Source: Spirochaetes bacterium GWB1_60_80 (lineage in GTDB: Bacteria; Spirochaetota; Spirochaetia; Treponematales; UBA12059). From it: 64,000 nucleotides of DNA. The stretch lies in NCBI GenBank assembly GCA_001829185.1, contig MIAR01000032.1:306414-370413 (forward strand). Direction: 5' to 3'. The notes beneath the pieces are model-generated. The model ran no database searches and was not told the origin of the DNA. It saw only the letters and a program-made list of their open reading frames with translations. Positions 28,525-37,438 of this stretch are shown piece by piece; the first letter of the stretch is position 1, and each line of letters begins with the position of its first letter. A program made the position numbers and the translations under genes.

Positions 28525-29415
28525 CTCATGATGTGCTATTCACTGACGGCGGCGATGCTGCGTCCGCCGATTATCGATTTCCTGTACGCCGATCCGGAAT
28601 ACGAATGGTTCTGCATCGACGGCTGGGACGCCGACCTGTACGTGCAGGCCGCCCGGGCCGGCATGATCAGCATTACCCTGGAACTGGATGGGGGCACCTG
28701 GCTGGCGCCGCAGCTGCAGTCCGAATACGCGCTGCTGGAATGGCCCGACCGGCACCTGCCGCGTCGGCTGCAGCGCCAGGCGGCGCGGTGCCTGGCCGCG
28801 CCGGGCACCGGCTCCCTGGCCGCGCCGGGGGCTGGGCCTTTGGGCGGGGTGTCCTTCCGCCTGATGGACGATCCGACCGCAGTGGTGGCCGGCATTCAGG
28901 GCCGTTACGGCCAGCGCTGGCTGGATGACGACTATGCGCGCCTGCTGCACGTTGTTCGGCGTAGCGACCTGGCCGGCTTCCGTTTACTGGTCAGCGAGGT
29001 GCGGGCTGCCGACGGCTGCCTGCTGGCCGGCGAGCTGGGCTACCTGACCGGGCGGGTCTACACCTGCCTGAGCGGCTACGTAGCCGTCGACGCGCCGGCC
29101 GGGGTGTCCTGGGGCAGCGCCCAGATCTTGGCGCTCAGCCAGGTATTGGTCGAGTCGGGCGTCAGTTTCATGAATATGGGGCACGCTACGCAGGTTTATA
29201 AACTGTATCTGGGGGCGCGTATCTTGGACAGGAAAGCCTTCCTGGCGCGTTGGCTGCCGGCGGTGGCGGCCGAACCCGCCAGGTTGGAGTACGGGGAGCA
29301 ATCGCTGGCCGGGCTGCTCGGGCGCCTGGTTCAGGCTGCGCCGACCCTGTCGGCGGCGTCAACTGCGTCGCTTAAGCCGGTGGCGACTGCGCCGGGTCGA
29401 CCGCTTAGATCTTGA
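28525..29415 (+). CDS. divergent Leu/Phe-tRNA--protein transferase-like (Aat family) protein
   Basis: GGTWLAPQLQSEYALLE versus Aat EGTWITRGVVEAYHRLHE. C-terminal GELGYLTG...LGARILDRKAFL versus Aat ELVGGMYG...LGACEIPRRDYL. Encoded antisense-oriented between two minus-strand rod genes. Start uncertain. Confidence 0.4.
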   Translation, partial: LMMCYSLTAAMLRPPIIDFLYADPEYEWFCIDGWDADLYVQAARAGMISITLELDGGTWLAPQLQSEYALLEWPDRHLPRRLQRQAARCLAAPGTGSLAAPGAGPLGGVSFRLMDDPTAVVAGIQGRYGQRWLDDDYARLLHVVRRSDLAGFRLLVSEVRAADGCLLAGELGYLTGRVYTCLSGYVAVDAPAGVSWGSAQILALSQVLVESGVSFMNMGHATQVYKLYLGARILDRKAFLARWLPAVAAEPARLEYGEQSLAGLLGRLVQAAPTLSAASTASLKPVATAPGRPLRS

Positions 29416-30253
29416 TTATTTCGTTGATCAACTTGCCGAGGGCGGCGTCGTGGGCCTGGATGGTTTTCTGATTGGCCTCATAGGCGCGGTTAACCTCGAT
29501 CATGCGCACCATTTCCAGCACCGGGTTGACGTTGGCGGCTTCGGTGAAGCCCTGGTGCACGCCTGGCCGGTTGTCGTTTTCCATGACTCGGGCTGGCCCA
29601 GACAGCTCGGTGTCAGCCCATAGGCTGGAGCCCTGCTTGGTGATATAGCGGTCCAGCTCGAAGTCGACGATGCGCAGGGTGTCCAGGTGGACGGTGTTGT
29701 CCCAGGTGTTCTCTTCACGGCCCACCAGGCGGTTCGGGTCGTCTTGCCTGTCGGCATTGACCCAGATGCGGCCGTCGCGGTCAATCTGGAAATTGTTGGC
29801 TTTGACCATGATGGGGCCATTCTCGCCCAGCACCGGGTAGCCTTCCTTGGTTTCCAGATAGCCTTCCTTGCCCAGGATGAAGCCGCCGTTGCGGGTGTAG
29901 CGCTCGCCGTAGGGGGTTTGGACGCAGAGGAAGCCCTCGCCGTCCAGGGCCACGTCGAAGTCGCTTTCGGTGGCCTTGAGCGCGCCTTGCTCAAAGGTGG
30001 TGAAGACCTCATTGGTCTCGACGCCGGTGCCCACCTTGCCGATGATCGGCGCCATATCACCGGAACCCAGCGGGTGCAGGTATTCGCCATCGTCGTTCAT
30101 GCGGCGCAACAGTAACTGGGCGAAGGCCTTGTGCACCGCCACCTCGCGCTTGTAGCCGTCGGTATCGACATTGGCCAGATTATTAGCGATGGTATCGAGT
30201 CTTACCTGCTGGGCGGCCATGCCGCTGGCACCAGTGTACCAGCCACGAATCAT
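29405..30253 (-). CDS. flagellar basal-body rod protein (FlgF/FlgG family)
   Basis: MIRGWYTGASGM...IANNLANVDTDGYK N-terminus and LEMVRMIEVNRAYE C-terminus. Confidence 0.85.
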   Translation of the reverse strand: MIRGWYTGASGMAAQQVRLDTIANNLANVDTDGYKREVAVHKAFAQLLLRRMNDDGEYLHPLGSGDMAPIIGKVGTGVETNEVFTTFEQGALKATESDFDVALDGEGFLCVQTPYGERYTRNGGFILGKEGYLETKEGYPVLGENGPIMVKANNFQIDRDGRIWVNADRQDDPNRLVGREENTWDNTVHLDTLRIVDFELDRYITKQGSSLWADTELSGPARVMENDNRPGVHQGFTEAANVNPVLEMVRMIEVNRAYEANQKTIQAHDAALGKLINEIIKI

Positions 30254-30480
30254 AAATACCTCCGCTCTGAGTCCTGGATAGGCTGCTGGTGCTGCTTGTC
30301 AAGCTTGGCTGGCGACACCATCCTTCCATATATCGGCCGATGGGCCTGGCTGGTTGATGCCTTCTTGAAGCGGATTTACCAGCTTTGAGTCGGATGGCGA
30401 GGCGTAGTCAAAAAGTGGACGAGCAAGCTTGTTTTATGTAGTGTACTATATTATAATACAATATATAACCAGGAGGCACT

Positions 30481-30966
30481 ATGGCAACGACCATTTTTGA
30501 ACATCAGGCCCAGGCCAACGACGGCCGGGCGGTTTCCCTTGAGACCTACCACGGCAAAGCGCTATTGATTGTGAATACCGCCAGTAATTGCGGTTTTACG
30601 CCGCAGTACAAGGGCCTGGAGGCGCTGCACCGTAAATACGCCGACCAGGGGCTGGTGGTTTTGGGCTTTCCCTGTGACCAATTTGCCCATCAGGAACCTG
30701 GCAGCGACAGCGAAATCGCCCTATTCTGTTCACGTAATTTTGGCGTGTCCTTTCCGTTAATGTCCAAGATCGAGGTCAATGGCCCTAATGCCCATCCCTT
30801 GTTCGCCGACTTGCGCAAACGGGCGCCGGGCATCATCGGCGATCAGATAAAATGGAATTTTACCAAGTTCCTGGTGACGCGCGACGGCCTGACGGTCAAG
30901 CGCTTCGCTCCGACGGTGGAACCGGAAACCATGGAAGCCGATATCCTCAAGGCGCTCGGTGCGTGA
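30481..30966 (+). CDS. glutathione peroxidase (Cys-type)
   Basis: VNTASNCGFTPQY (catalytic Cys), LGFPCDQF and WNFTKFLV signature blocks. RBS aggagg. Confidence 0.9.
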   Translation: MATTIFEHQAQANDGRAVSLETYHGKALLIVNTASNCGFTPQYKGLEALHRKYADQGLVVLGFPCDQFAHQEPGSDSEIALFCSRNFGVSFPLMSKIEVNGPNAHPLFADLRKRAPGIIGDQIKWNFTKFLVTRDGLTVKRFAPTVEPETMEADILKALGA

Positions 30967-31403
30967 GTTATCCAGAATTGCTGCTGTCTAACCAGTTGTG
31001 CTTCCTGGTGCACCGGCTGAACCGCGGCATCACCAGTCGGTACCGGCCCTTGTTGGCAAAGCTAGGTCTGACCTATCCGCAGTATCTGGTGCTGTTGGCC
31101 TTGTGGGAGCGTGACGGACAAGGCGTGGGCGAACTGTGCACCGCGCTGGACCTGGATACCGGCACCATGTCGCCGCTATTGAAGCGGTTGGCGGCGGCCG
31201 GCCTGCTGGAACGGCGGCGGCGGCCGGAGGATGAACGGGCTGTCGGCATCAGTTTGACGGCGGCTGGCCGCGCTTTGGAGGAAAGCGCCCGTGCGTTGCC
31301 GGTCGAAATTGCCGGCTGTCTGCTGACCGGCGCCGACGAATACGTCAATCTGAAGCGGCTACTGCAAGAGCTGGTAGGCCGCTTGGAGCGGGTCGACTGT
31401 TAG
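30963..31403 (+). CDS. MarR family transcriptional regulator (OhrR-like context)
   Basis: wHTH LTYPQYLVLLALWE...GVGELCTALDLDTGTMSPLLKRLAAAGLLER. GTG start overlapping the gpx stop (gcGTGAgt). Confidence 0.75.
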   Translation: MSYPELLLSNQLCFLVHRLNRGITSRYRPLLAKLGLTYPQYLVLLALWERDGQGVGELCTALDLDTGTMSPLLKRLAAAGLLERRRRPEDERAVGISLTAAGRALEESARALPVEIAGCLLTGADEYVNLKRLLQELVGRLERVDC

Positions 31404-32605
31404 GCGCCAGCCGAGGCGCCCGAGGCGCCCGAGGCGCCAGGCGCAGGGTTGGACGCCGACGCGTTGGCTGCGGCCACCGGGCTGCCGGCTTGGTCGATCG
31501 CTGGGCCGTCCTGGCCGTACTTTGCCAAACCGAGCACGCTGCCCATGTTCATCGATTCCAGAACCGTGGACGGCAAGAGTACCAGCCCGCCCTTGTTCTT
31601 AAGGCTGTCGTAGACCATGTTCATGGCGCGCAGGTTGAGGGCCGCTGGGCAACCCTCGTAGACGGCCGCCGCCTGGCGGAACTTGGCGGCTACGGCCACT
31701 TCGGCGTCGGCCAGAATCAGGCGGGCGCTTTTCTCGCGCTCGGCCTGGGCTTGGCGCGACATGACGTCCTGCAGCTCGGCCGGCAGCTCGATATCGGTAA
31801 ACTCGACGCTCAGGATGGTAATGCCCCAGGGATTTGTCTTGGCGTCCAGGATCTGCTGAATTTCGTTATATAAAGTTTCGCGTTGCGACAAGAGCGTGGT
31901 CAGGCTGTACTTGCCGATGGAATCGCGCAAGGCTGCCTGGGCCGACAGGGTAACCGCTTCCACGAAATTCTCCACCTCCAGTATCGCCTTCTGGGCGTCC
32001 CAGATCATCCAGAAAGCCAGGCCGTCGACGTGGACGGGAACGGTGTCGCTGGTCAGGATGCGCTCGGCGCTGAAGTCGCTGGCCCGGATACGGGTGTCGA
32101 CGAAGGCGGCGCAGCGGTCGATGAGCGGCAAGAGCAGGAAGGGTCCGGGGCCGTGCACCTTGTGGAAGCGGCCTAGCCGCAGGACCACTACCTTGTCCCA
32201 ATGGGTGATGACTTGCAAGCTAGGGCCGAATAAACAGGCGGTAATCAGGAAGCCGAGCGACAAGAGGTCGCCGGCGCCGGGCTGCCAGTCCAGTTGGCGC
32301 AGCAGCGGTCCAGAGCCACCGGTAACGAAGAGGGTGGTCATGACCACCGCCAGGGCTAGGAGCAGGCTGTGCCAGCGGGGCAAGAGGCTGTACACGATGG
32401 CGGCCAGCACCAGGCCCAGGCCGGAGCGGGCTAACAAACCCGGCTCTGGTTGGCCGGCCAAAGCCGACTGCAACGCCACACCGCAGCCAAACCAGACCAT
32501 CATGGATAGGAAGGCGAAAAGGCTGAATTCAAAGTCATGACCCTGACGGATCCGGCCGGGGTTACGGATGCGGTTGAATTTCGGTTGAAACGGGTTGAAC
32601 ATCAT
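31400..32605 (-). CDS. SPFH/band-7 (stomatin-like) membrane protein with C-terminal GAS-repeat tail
   Basis: Four N-terminal TM helices, then an SPFH core (VVVLRLGRF...VHVDGLAFWMI...AQAEREKSAR). The C-terminus is GASGASGASAGA, encoded by a 3x 9-bp tandem repeat at 31410-31440. Confidence 0.8.
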   Translation of the reverse strand: MMFNPFQPKFNRIRNPGRIRQGHDFEFSLFAFLSMMVWFGCGVALQSALAGQPEPGLLARSGLGLVLAAIVYSLLPRWHSLLLALAVVMTTLFVTGGSGPLLRQLDWQPGAGDLLSLGFLITACLFGPSLQVITHWDKVVVLRLGRFHKVHGPGPFLLLPLIDRCAAFVDTRIRASDFSAERILTSDTVPVHVDGLAFWMIWDAQKAILEVENFVEAVTLSAQAALRDSIGKYSLTTLLSQRETLYNEIQQILDAKTNPWGITILSVEFTDIELPAELQDVMSRQAQAEREKSARLILADAEVAVAAKFRQAAAVYEGCPAALNLRAMNMVYDSLKNKGGLVLLPSTVLESMNMGSVLGLAKYGQDGPAIDQAGSPVAAANASASNPAPGASGASGASAGA

Positions 32606-33006
32606 GCCTCCCTGTCGCTCATGTATTGTCCCAGGGCGTGGCAGACTTCGGACAGGCTGAAGCCGTAAGCCAGGGCTTTGCTGGCAAATGGCTGTACCAG
32701 GCCTTCCAGGAATTGCTCGCGCTCAATGTCGCTGAGCTGGAATTTTTTGTCACTGATAAAGGTGCCCGTGCCTTGCTGGGTGTTCACGATGCCGCGGATT
32801 TCCATTTCGTTGTAGGCTCGGGCTACCGTATTGGGGTTGATCTTGAGATCCACTGCCAGGCTGCGCACCGTGGGCAGTTGGTCGTTGCTGGTCAGCCGAC
32901 CGTCGGCGATGGCTAGCTCCACCTGCAGGATGATCTGCTTGTAAAAGGGGACGCCGCTCTTGGGATCGAGGTGAAAAGGCAGGCTCTGCTTCTGTTTTTC
33001 GTCCAT
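32602..33006 (-). CDS. GntR family transcriptional regulator (short, YtrA-like)
   Basis: GntR HTH: DQLPTVRSLAVDLKINPNTVARAYNEMEIRGIV. 4-bp overlap with the SPFH gene. Confidence 0.85.
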   Translation of the reverse strand: MDEKQKQSLPFHLDPKSGVPFYKQIILQVELAIADGRLTSNDQLPTVRSLAVDLKINPNTVARAYNEMEIRGIVNTQQGTGTFISDKKFQLSDIEREQFLEGLVQPFASKALAYGFSLSEVCHALGQYMSDREA

Positions 33007-33167
33007 CGTCGCTCCCGCTGTGGCCAGATTTTTGTATCATATAGATAGTACAATGATACATATAAGCGACCGTGAGCCTCTTGTCAAGCCAGCCTCGGCC
33101 TGGGCAAAAAAATGGGGTAGCCGCGTGGCCACCCCGGGAGCAAATTCGTCGGTCTAGCGTCTAGACT

Positions 33168-35804
33168 CTACTGGCGGTTGGCGACCAAGGAGTATGTGCC
33201 GGCGCCGACTATCCGGCTACCGAGTTGATAGACCTTGATATAGTAAGTACCCGGATTGAGGTAGAGTTGAAGGTTGGAATCCAGGCCAAAGCCACCATCG
33301 TCGTCGCTGCCTACCAGGCTGGAGCGTGAATCGTACAATTCGAGGTAAGTGTCCAGGGCGGTGTCGCTTATGCCGCGCGCCGTAATGCTGTAGTTACCGG
33401 CCTGGGTGACGGCTAGGCGAACCCAGTCCTGGTCGTCGGCGCTGTGGAAAGTCCGCTGTTGGCCGGTGCTGCTGAGACTGATGGGTTTGGCCTCGCTCAT
33501 GGTGTTGTCCGCTTCGTAGTCGTCGGGCCGGGCCGGTTGCACGTATTGGATGCGGATGGTGTAATCGCCGGCGGCGCTGGCGTAATTGCGAACGCTAAAC
33601 AGGTACTGGCCGGCGGACAGGGTCTGTTGGACCAAGGCGTTCAGTTCCTCGCCGGAATCGTCGTCGTCGATAATTAACCCATAATTGGCGTCGTATAGCT
33701 CGATCATGGTATCGGTGGAGCCTTCCGTCGAAATGCTGACCGTCAAGCCAGCCTGGCTGAGCGTGATCCGATACCAGTCAAAATCGCCCGAGCTGTGGAA
33801 GCTGGCCGGATAGAGTCCGCCGTCGGCGGCTAAGGTCAGCGACGCGGCGCTTTCCCGCATATCGTTTGGTTCGTAGCCATCGCCGAGTTGACCGGTGGTA
33901 AACGCGACGCGCAAGGTGTATTCGGCGGTGCTGTTGTCGTAATTACGGATGGCGACCAGGTAGTCACCCGCCGTCAAGGTCAGCTGGATCATGGAATTGT
34001 AGCCATCGCCGGAATCATCGTCGTTGGCCAGGACGTTGCCCTGGCTGTCGCTCAGTTCCATGACCGTATCCGCGTCGCCCTCGGTGGATACCGCCAGATT
34101 GCGGCCGCCCTGCGGCACGGTGACGCGGTACCAGTCAATATCGTTGGTGGCGCTAAAATTGGCGCTGAAGGTGCTGCCGCCTTCGCTGCCGCTGAGCCTG
34201 GAGGCCTGCTCGCGGCTATTGTTTGGCTCGTAGGCATCGACCTGGGGCGCGGTAACGCTTTCAAAGTTCAGGCTGTAGTCGCCGGCCGTGCCGTCATAGG
34301 TTCGGACATGGAGAACGTAATCGCCGGCCGTCAAGGTTTGCAGGATGCGGGCGTTGTAGTCGGACCCGGAATCATCGTCGCCGGACAGCTGGCCATTGTT
34401 GCTGTCGAACAGCTCCAGGACCGTGTCCATCGTGCTCACGGTGTAGATGCCAAAAGTCAGGTTGCCCTGCGGCACGGTGAAGCGGTACCAGTCGCTGTCG
34501 CCACCGATGTGGAAATTGGCGCTGAAGGTACTGCCGGCCATAATGATGCCGAGGCGGTGGGCGGCCTGGAAGCTGTCGTTCGGTTCAAAGCTGTCCGGAG
34601 TGGCCGGCTCGATGAACTGGAGGTTGAGGACGTAATCGGCCAGAGTGCTGTAGTAGCTGCGCACCATAACCAAGTAGTCGCCAGGATTCAGGAGCTGTTC
34701 AATCAGGGCGTTGCCGCCGCTACCGGAGTCGTCATCCTCGTCGATGGCGTTGCCGGAGGCGTCGTAGAGCGCCATGACGGTGTCGCTGTCCCCTTCGGTG
34801 AACAGGCGCAGCGGGCGATTGCTCTGCGGTACGGTGATGCGGTACCAATCGATATCGCTGGTAGTATGGAAGTTAGCTTGGACGACATTGCCCTCTGCCG
34901 AGAGGCTGATGCGCCGGGCCATGCTTTGGGTGTCATTGGGCTCCAGGGCGTCGCCGTCGGGGGCCTGCACAAATTCAAAATCCAGGGCGTAGCTGCCGGT
35001 GGAACCGGAGAAATTGGATACTTTAACCAGGTAGGTGCCTGGCGCTAACGCCAACTGGATGAGCGAATTGAGGTTGCCGTTGGAGTCATCGTCACTGGCC
35101 AGAATTGTGCTATTGGCGTCGGCCAGCTGGAGGATGGTGTCCGAGCTGCCGGTAGTGGCGATCCGTAGTGTCTGGTTGCCCTGTGGCATGACGATGCGAT
35201 ACCAGTCTTCGTCGCCTTCAACATGGAAGCTGGCGTTGATGGACAGACCATTGGCGGTCAGATTGAGAACCCGGGCGGTCTGATAGCTGTCATTGGCTTC
35301 ATATTGGTCGCGGACGACGCTACCGCTGCTCGACGTGGCGCTAGTCAGCAAGGCGCCGACGAACTGGTTGTTGCCAAGGTCGATCTGGCGGCTGAACAGG
35401 GCGGTATTATCGGTGGCTCGGATCAGTCGGGTGTAGATACGGATGGTCGTGCCTATGTTCATCATGTCGCCCTGAATGATGAACTCGTGGTTGCCCGGTT
35501 CGTCGAGGATGCGGAAGCGTTGGCTGTTTTGGGTTATCAGGAAGTTTTTGAGGTTGATGCCCCACAGTTTACCGAGGTTGACGATATCCCCATCCAGGGT
35601 GAAGTTGCCGATGGCCACCAGTATGACGTCCGAGTCGGAGCGGGCGGTGGTCAGCGCCGTTCCCAATTGCCCGGCCAAGTCCTGGCTGGCCTGGTCGAAG
35701 CTTTCCGGGGTTGGATCTAGCAGACTGGTCTGGGCGGCCAAGGGCAGGCTCAAACCGACCAGAACGGCCACGAGGACTAGGGTATGGAATATAGGGTTAC
35801 GCAT
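33168..35804 (-). CDS. secreted protein with ~8 tandem pre-peptidase C-terminal (PPC) domains
   Basis: Signal peptide MRNPIFHTLVLVAVLVGLSLPLAAQ. Eight ~95-aa repeats of the form EPNDs...A..l...FhssgD.DWYRitv.q....v.t.gdsDTvlELyD..g..i..DDDSG...NsliqqtL.aGdYl..Vr.y....gdY.L. A rho-independent terminator lies at about 33095-33130. Confidence 0.8.
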   Translation of the reverse strand: MRNPIFHTLVLVAVLVGLSLPLAAQTSLLDPTPESFDQASQDLAGQLGTALTTARSDSDVILVAIGNFTLDGDIVNLGKLWGINLKNFLITQNSQRFRILDEPGNHEFIIQGDMMNIGTTIRIYTRLIRATDNTALFSRQIDLGNNQFVGALLTSATSSSGSVVRDQYEANDSYQTARVLNLTANGLSINASFHVEGDEDWYRIVMPQGNQTLRIATTGSSDTILQLADANSTILASDDDSNGNLNSLIQLALAPGTYLVKVSNFSGSTGSYALDFEFVQAPDGDALEPNDTQSMARRISLSAEGNVVQANFHTTSDIDWYRITVPQSNRPLRLFTEGDSDTVMALYDASGNAIDEDDDSGSGGNALIEQLLNPGDYLVMVRSYYSTLADYVLNLQFIEPATPDSFEPNDSFQAAHRLGIIMAGSTFSANFHIGGDSDWYRFTVPQGNLTFGIYTVSTMDTVLELFDSNNGQLSGDDDSGSDYNARILQTLTAGDYVLHVRTYDGTAGDYSLNFESVTAPQVDAYEPNNSREQASRLSGSEGGSTFSANFSATNDIDWYRVTVPQGGRNLAVSTEGDADTVMELSDSQGNVLANDDDSGDGYNSMIQLTLTAGDYLVAIRNYDNSTAEYTLRVAFTTGQLGDGYEPNDMRESAASLTLAADGGLYPASFHSSGDFDWYRITLSQAGLTVSISTEGSTDTMIELYDANYGLIIDDDDSGEELNALVQQTLSAGQYLFSVRNYASAAGDYTIRIQYVQPARPDDYEADNTMSEAKPISLSSTGQQRTFHSADDQDWVRLAVTQAGNYSITARGISDTALDTYLELYDSRSSLVGSDDDGGFGLDSNLQLYLNPGTYYIKVYQLGSRIVGAGTYSLVANRQ

Positions 35805-35966
35805 CGAGGACTCCTTTTTATCAAAAGCCACAAACCTAAGCTTGCAACAAGCCCCGGCTGGCGGTGTTACAGACCAGCCGCCATGGGTCAGCCTAAGTAT
35901 ACTGTAATCGAAAAAAAAAACCAGATTGAGGTAAGACAGATTTGCGCCGCTACCCGGCGCTCGGTC

Positions 35967-36842
35967 TCATGCTGTCGCTGGGCCGTCCAGCTTGAGCAGC
36001 TTGAAGGTGGCCGGCGCGCCGGCGCTGATCCAGAAGCCCATCAGGCCGTAGCGGATGCTATCGGTGGCTATGGTCGGGAAGGGTAGCAGTATTTTTAGGC
36101 CCTCCTTGAGGGCTACGAGTATGGCCAGCCCAACCAGAAGCTTCAGAAACTGCAGGAACCGGCGGGTGCGGACATTGAAGTGGATGTAACGCTCTTCCAC
36201 GACGTAGCCCAGCCAAAAACCAACAGCCACCGCGAAGGCCACCGTTAAGTCTTTGTCGTAGCCGCCCAGGTTGATGACAACGCAGGCTCCCGCCAGCGGC
36301 AGCAGCAGCAGGCCCAGCAGCCAGGGGCGGCGCAAGCGCTTGGCATAGTCGAACAGGGCATTGCAGGCCAGTACCCAGGCCAGGCCACAGGCTATGCCGC
36401 CGAGTACATCGGTCAGCCAATGCACGCCCAGATACAGCCGCGACAAGGCGACCAGCAGGATCATGGCGCAGCCGGCCACGGTCAGCCAGCGTCGCCGGAC
36501 TGAAGTCATCAGGCCGGTCCAGAAGGCGGTGGCCCCCTGGGTGTGGCCGCTGGGGAAGGAGAAGCCGGTGGCGGTGTGCAGCCGCTCGGAAACGATGCCC
36601 TCCAGGCCGATTGGCCGCTCAAAGCGGACGATATGCTTGATAACCGGGTTGATGGTGGCGCTGGTCAGGAGGGCAAAGCCTAGTCGGTAGCCGAGTTGCT
36701 TGTCGTGGCACCACAGCAGCCAGCCGGCCGCTAGGATAAAAAAGATCTCCTCGGCGCTCATGGTGACGGCCTCGAAGAAGACATCCAGTGCCGGGTGCTT
36801 GAATTGCTGGATGAAGGTCAGGATGTCGATCTGCCAATCCAT
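35967..36842 (-). CDS. PAP2 (type 2 phosphatidic acid phosphatase) family membrane protein
   Basis: PAP2 motifs KHIVRFERP, SFPSGH and the SRLYLGVHWLTDV pattern (SR...H...D). An additional C-terminal membrane domain. Confidence 0.75.
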   Translation of the reverse strand: MDWQIDILTFIQQFKHPALDVFFEAVTMSAEEIFFILAAGWLLWCHDKQLGYRLGFALLTSATINPVIKHIVRFERPIGLEGIVSERLHTATGFSFPSGHTQGATAFWTGLMTSVRRRWLTVAGCAMILLVALSRLYLGVHWLTDVLGGIACGLAWVLACNALFDYAKRLRRPWLLGLLLLPLAGACVVINLGGYDKDLTVAFAVAVGFWLGYVVEERYIHFNVRTRRFLQFLKLLVGLAILVALKEGLKILLPFPTIATDSIRYGLMGFWISAGAPATFKLLKLDGPATA

Positions 36843-36851
36843 GGGGGGCTC

Positions 36852-37391
36852 CTATTCGACCAGGTAGCGGCCGAGTTCGTTGAGCTCCGGATAACGATTG
36901 AGGATGGGCGGGCGGGATCCGGCGTGCTCGCGGTCGATTTCGACCACCTTGACGTATAGCTTGTTGACGGCGTCGGCCAGGACATTGAGGTTAGCCGCAA
37001 AGTTGCTCAGCGCCATGTCGCGGAATAGCTTGTCTTGCGTGGACATGCGGCCGTCGGCCAGGGCGGCGCTTTGCTTGAACATGTGCAGCCCCTGTTTGCG
37101 GGCCAGCATGATGAATTTGCCCATGGCGACGATCATCGGGTACAGCTCGTCCAGATGGTAGCCCTGGTAGCGGTAGTGGTCGCTCTTTTCGGTCAGCTCC
37201 TCGATTTGCAGCCAGTGGGCATTCTCGAGAGGCAGCAGGGTTAGAACCGGCCGAGTGTAGCGGTTGGCGATGTTGTTACGGTAGTGCTGGGCGATCGACT
37301 CGATGATCGAATAGATTTCGGGGTGCTTTATTTGCATGACAACCTGATTATAAAGCACTTTGGCATTTTGCGCCAGTTTGGAAATCGACAA
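36852..37391 (-). CDS. hypothetical cytoplasmic protein
   Basis: 179-aa ORF with coding-like composition and no recognisable motif. Its 5' end lies inside a long hairpin, so the start is uncertain. Confidence 0.45.
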   Translation of the reverse strand: MSISKLAQNAKVLYNQVVMQIKHPEIYSIIESIAQHYRNNIANRYTRPVLTLLPLENAHWLQIEELTEKSDHYRYQGYHLDELYPMIVAMGKFIMLARKQGLHMFKQSAALADGRMSTQDKLFRDMALSNFAANLNVLADAVNKLYVKVVEIDREHAGSRPPILNRYPELNELGRYLVE

Positions 37392-37438
37392 TTCCCGGGC
37401 TGGCCTGTCTGGTCGGCCAGTCCCGGGAATTGTCGATT
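37383..37438. repeat. long near-perfect inverted repeat (23-bp arms, 9-nt loop)
   Basis: aatcgacaattcccgggctggcc / tgtctggtc / ggccagtcccgggaattgtcgatt, lying between the tatD stop and the next gene start. Confidence 0.85.

Noticed and set aside
33888-35048. 386-aa plus-strand ORF (and several others) inside the PPC-repeat gene
   Set aside because: Antisense to a well-supported secreted-protein gene. Gly/Ala/Val-rich translation is typical of the reverse frame of GC-rich coding DNA.
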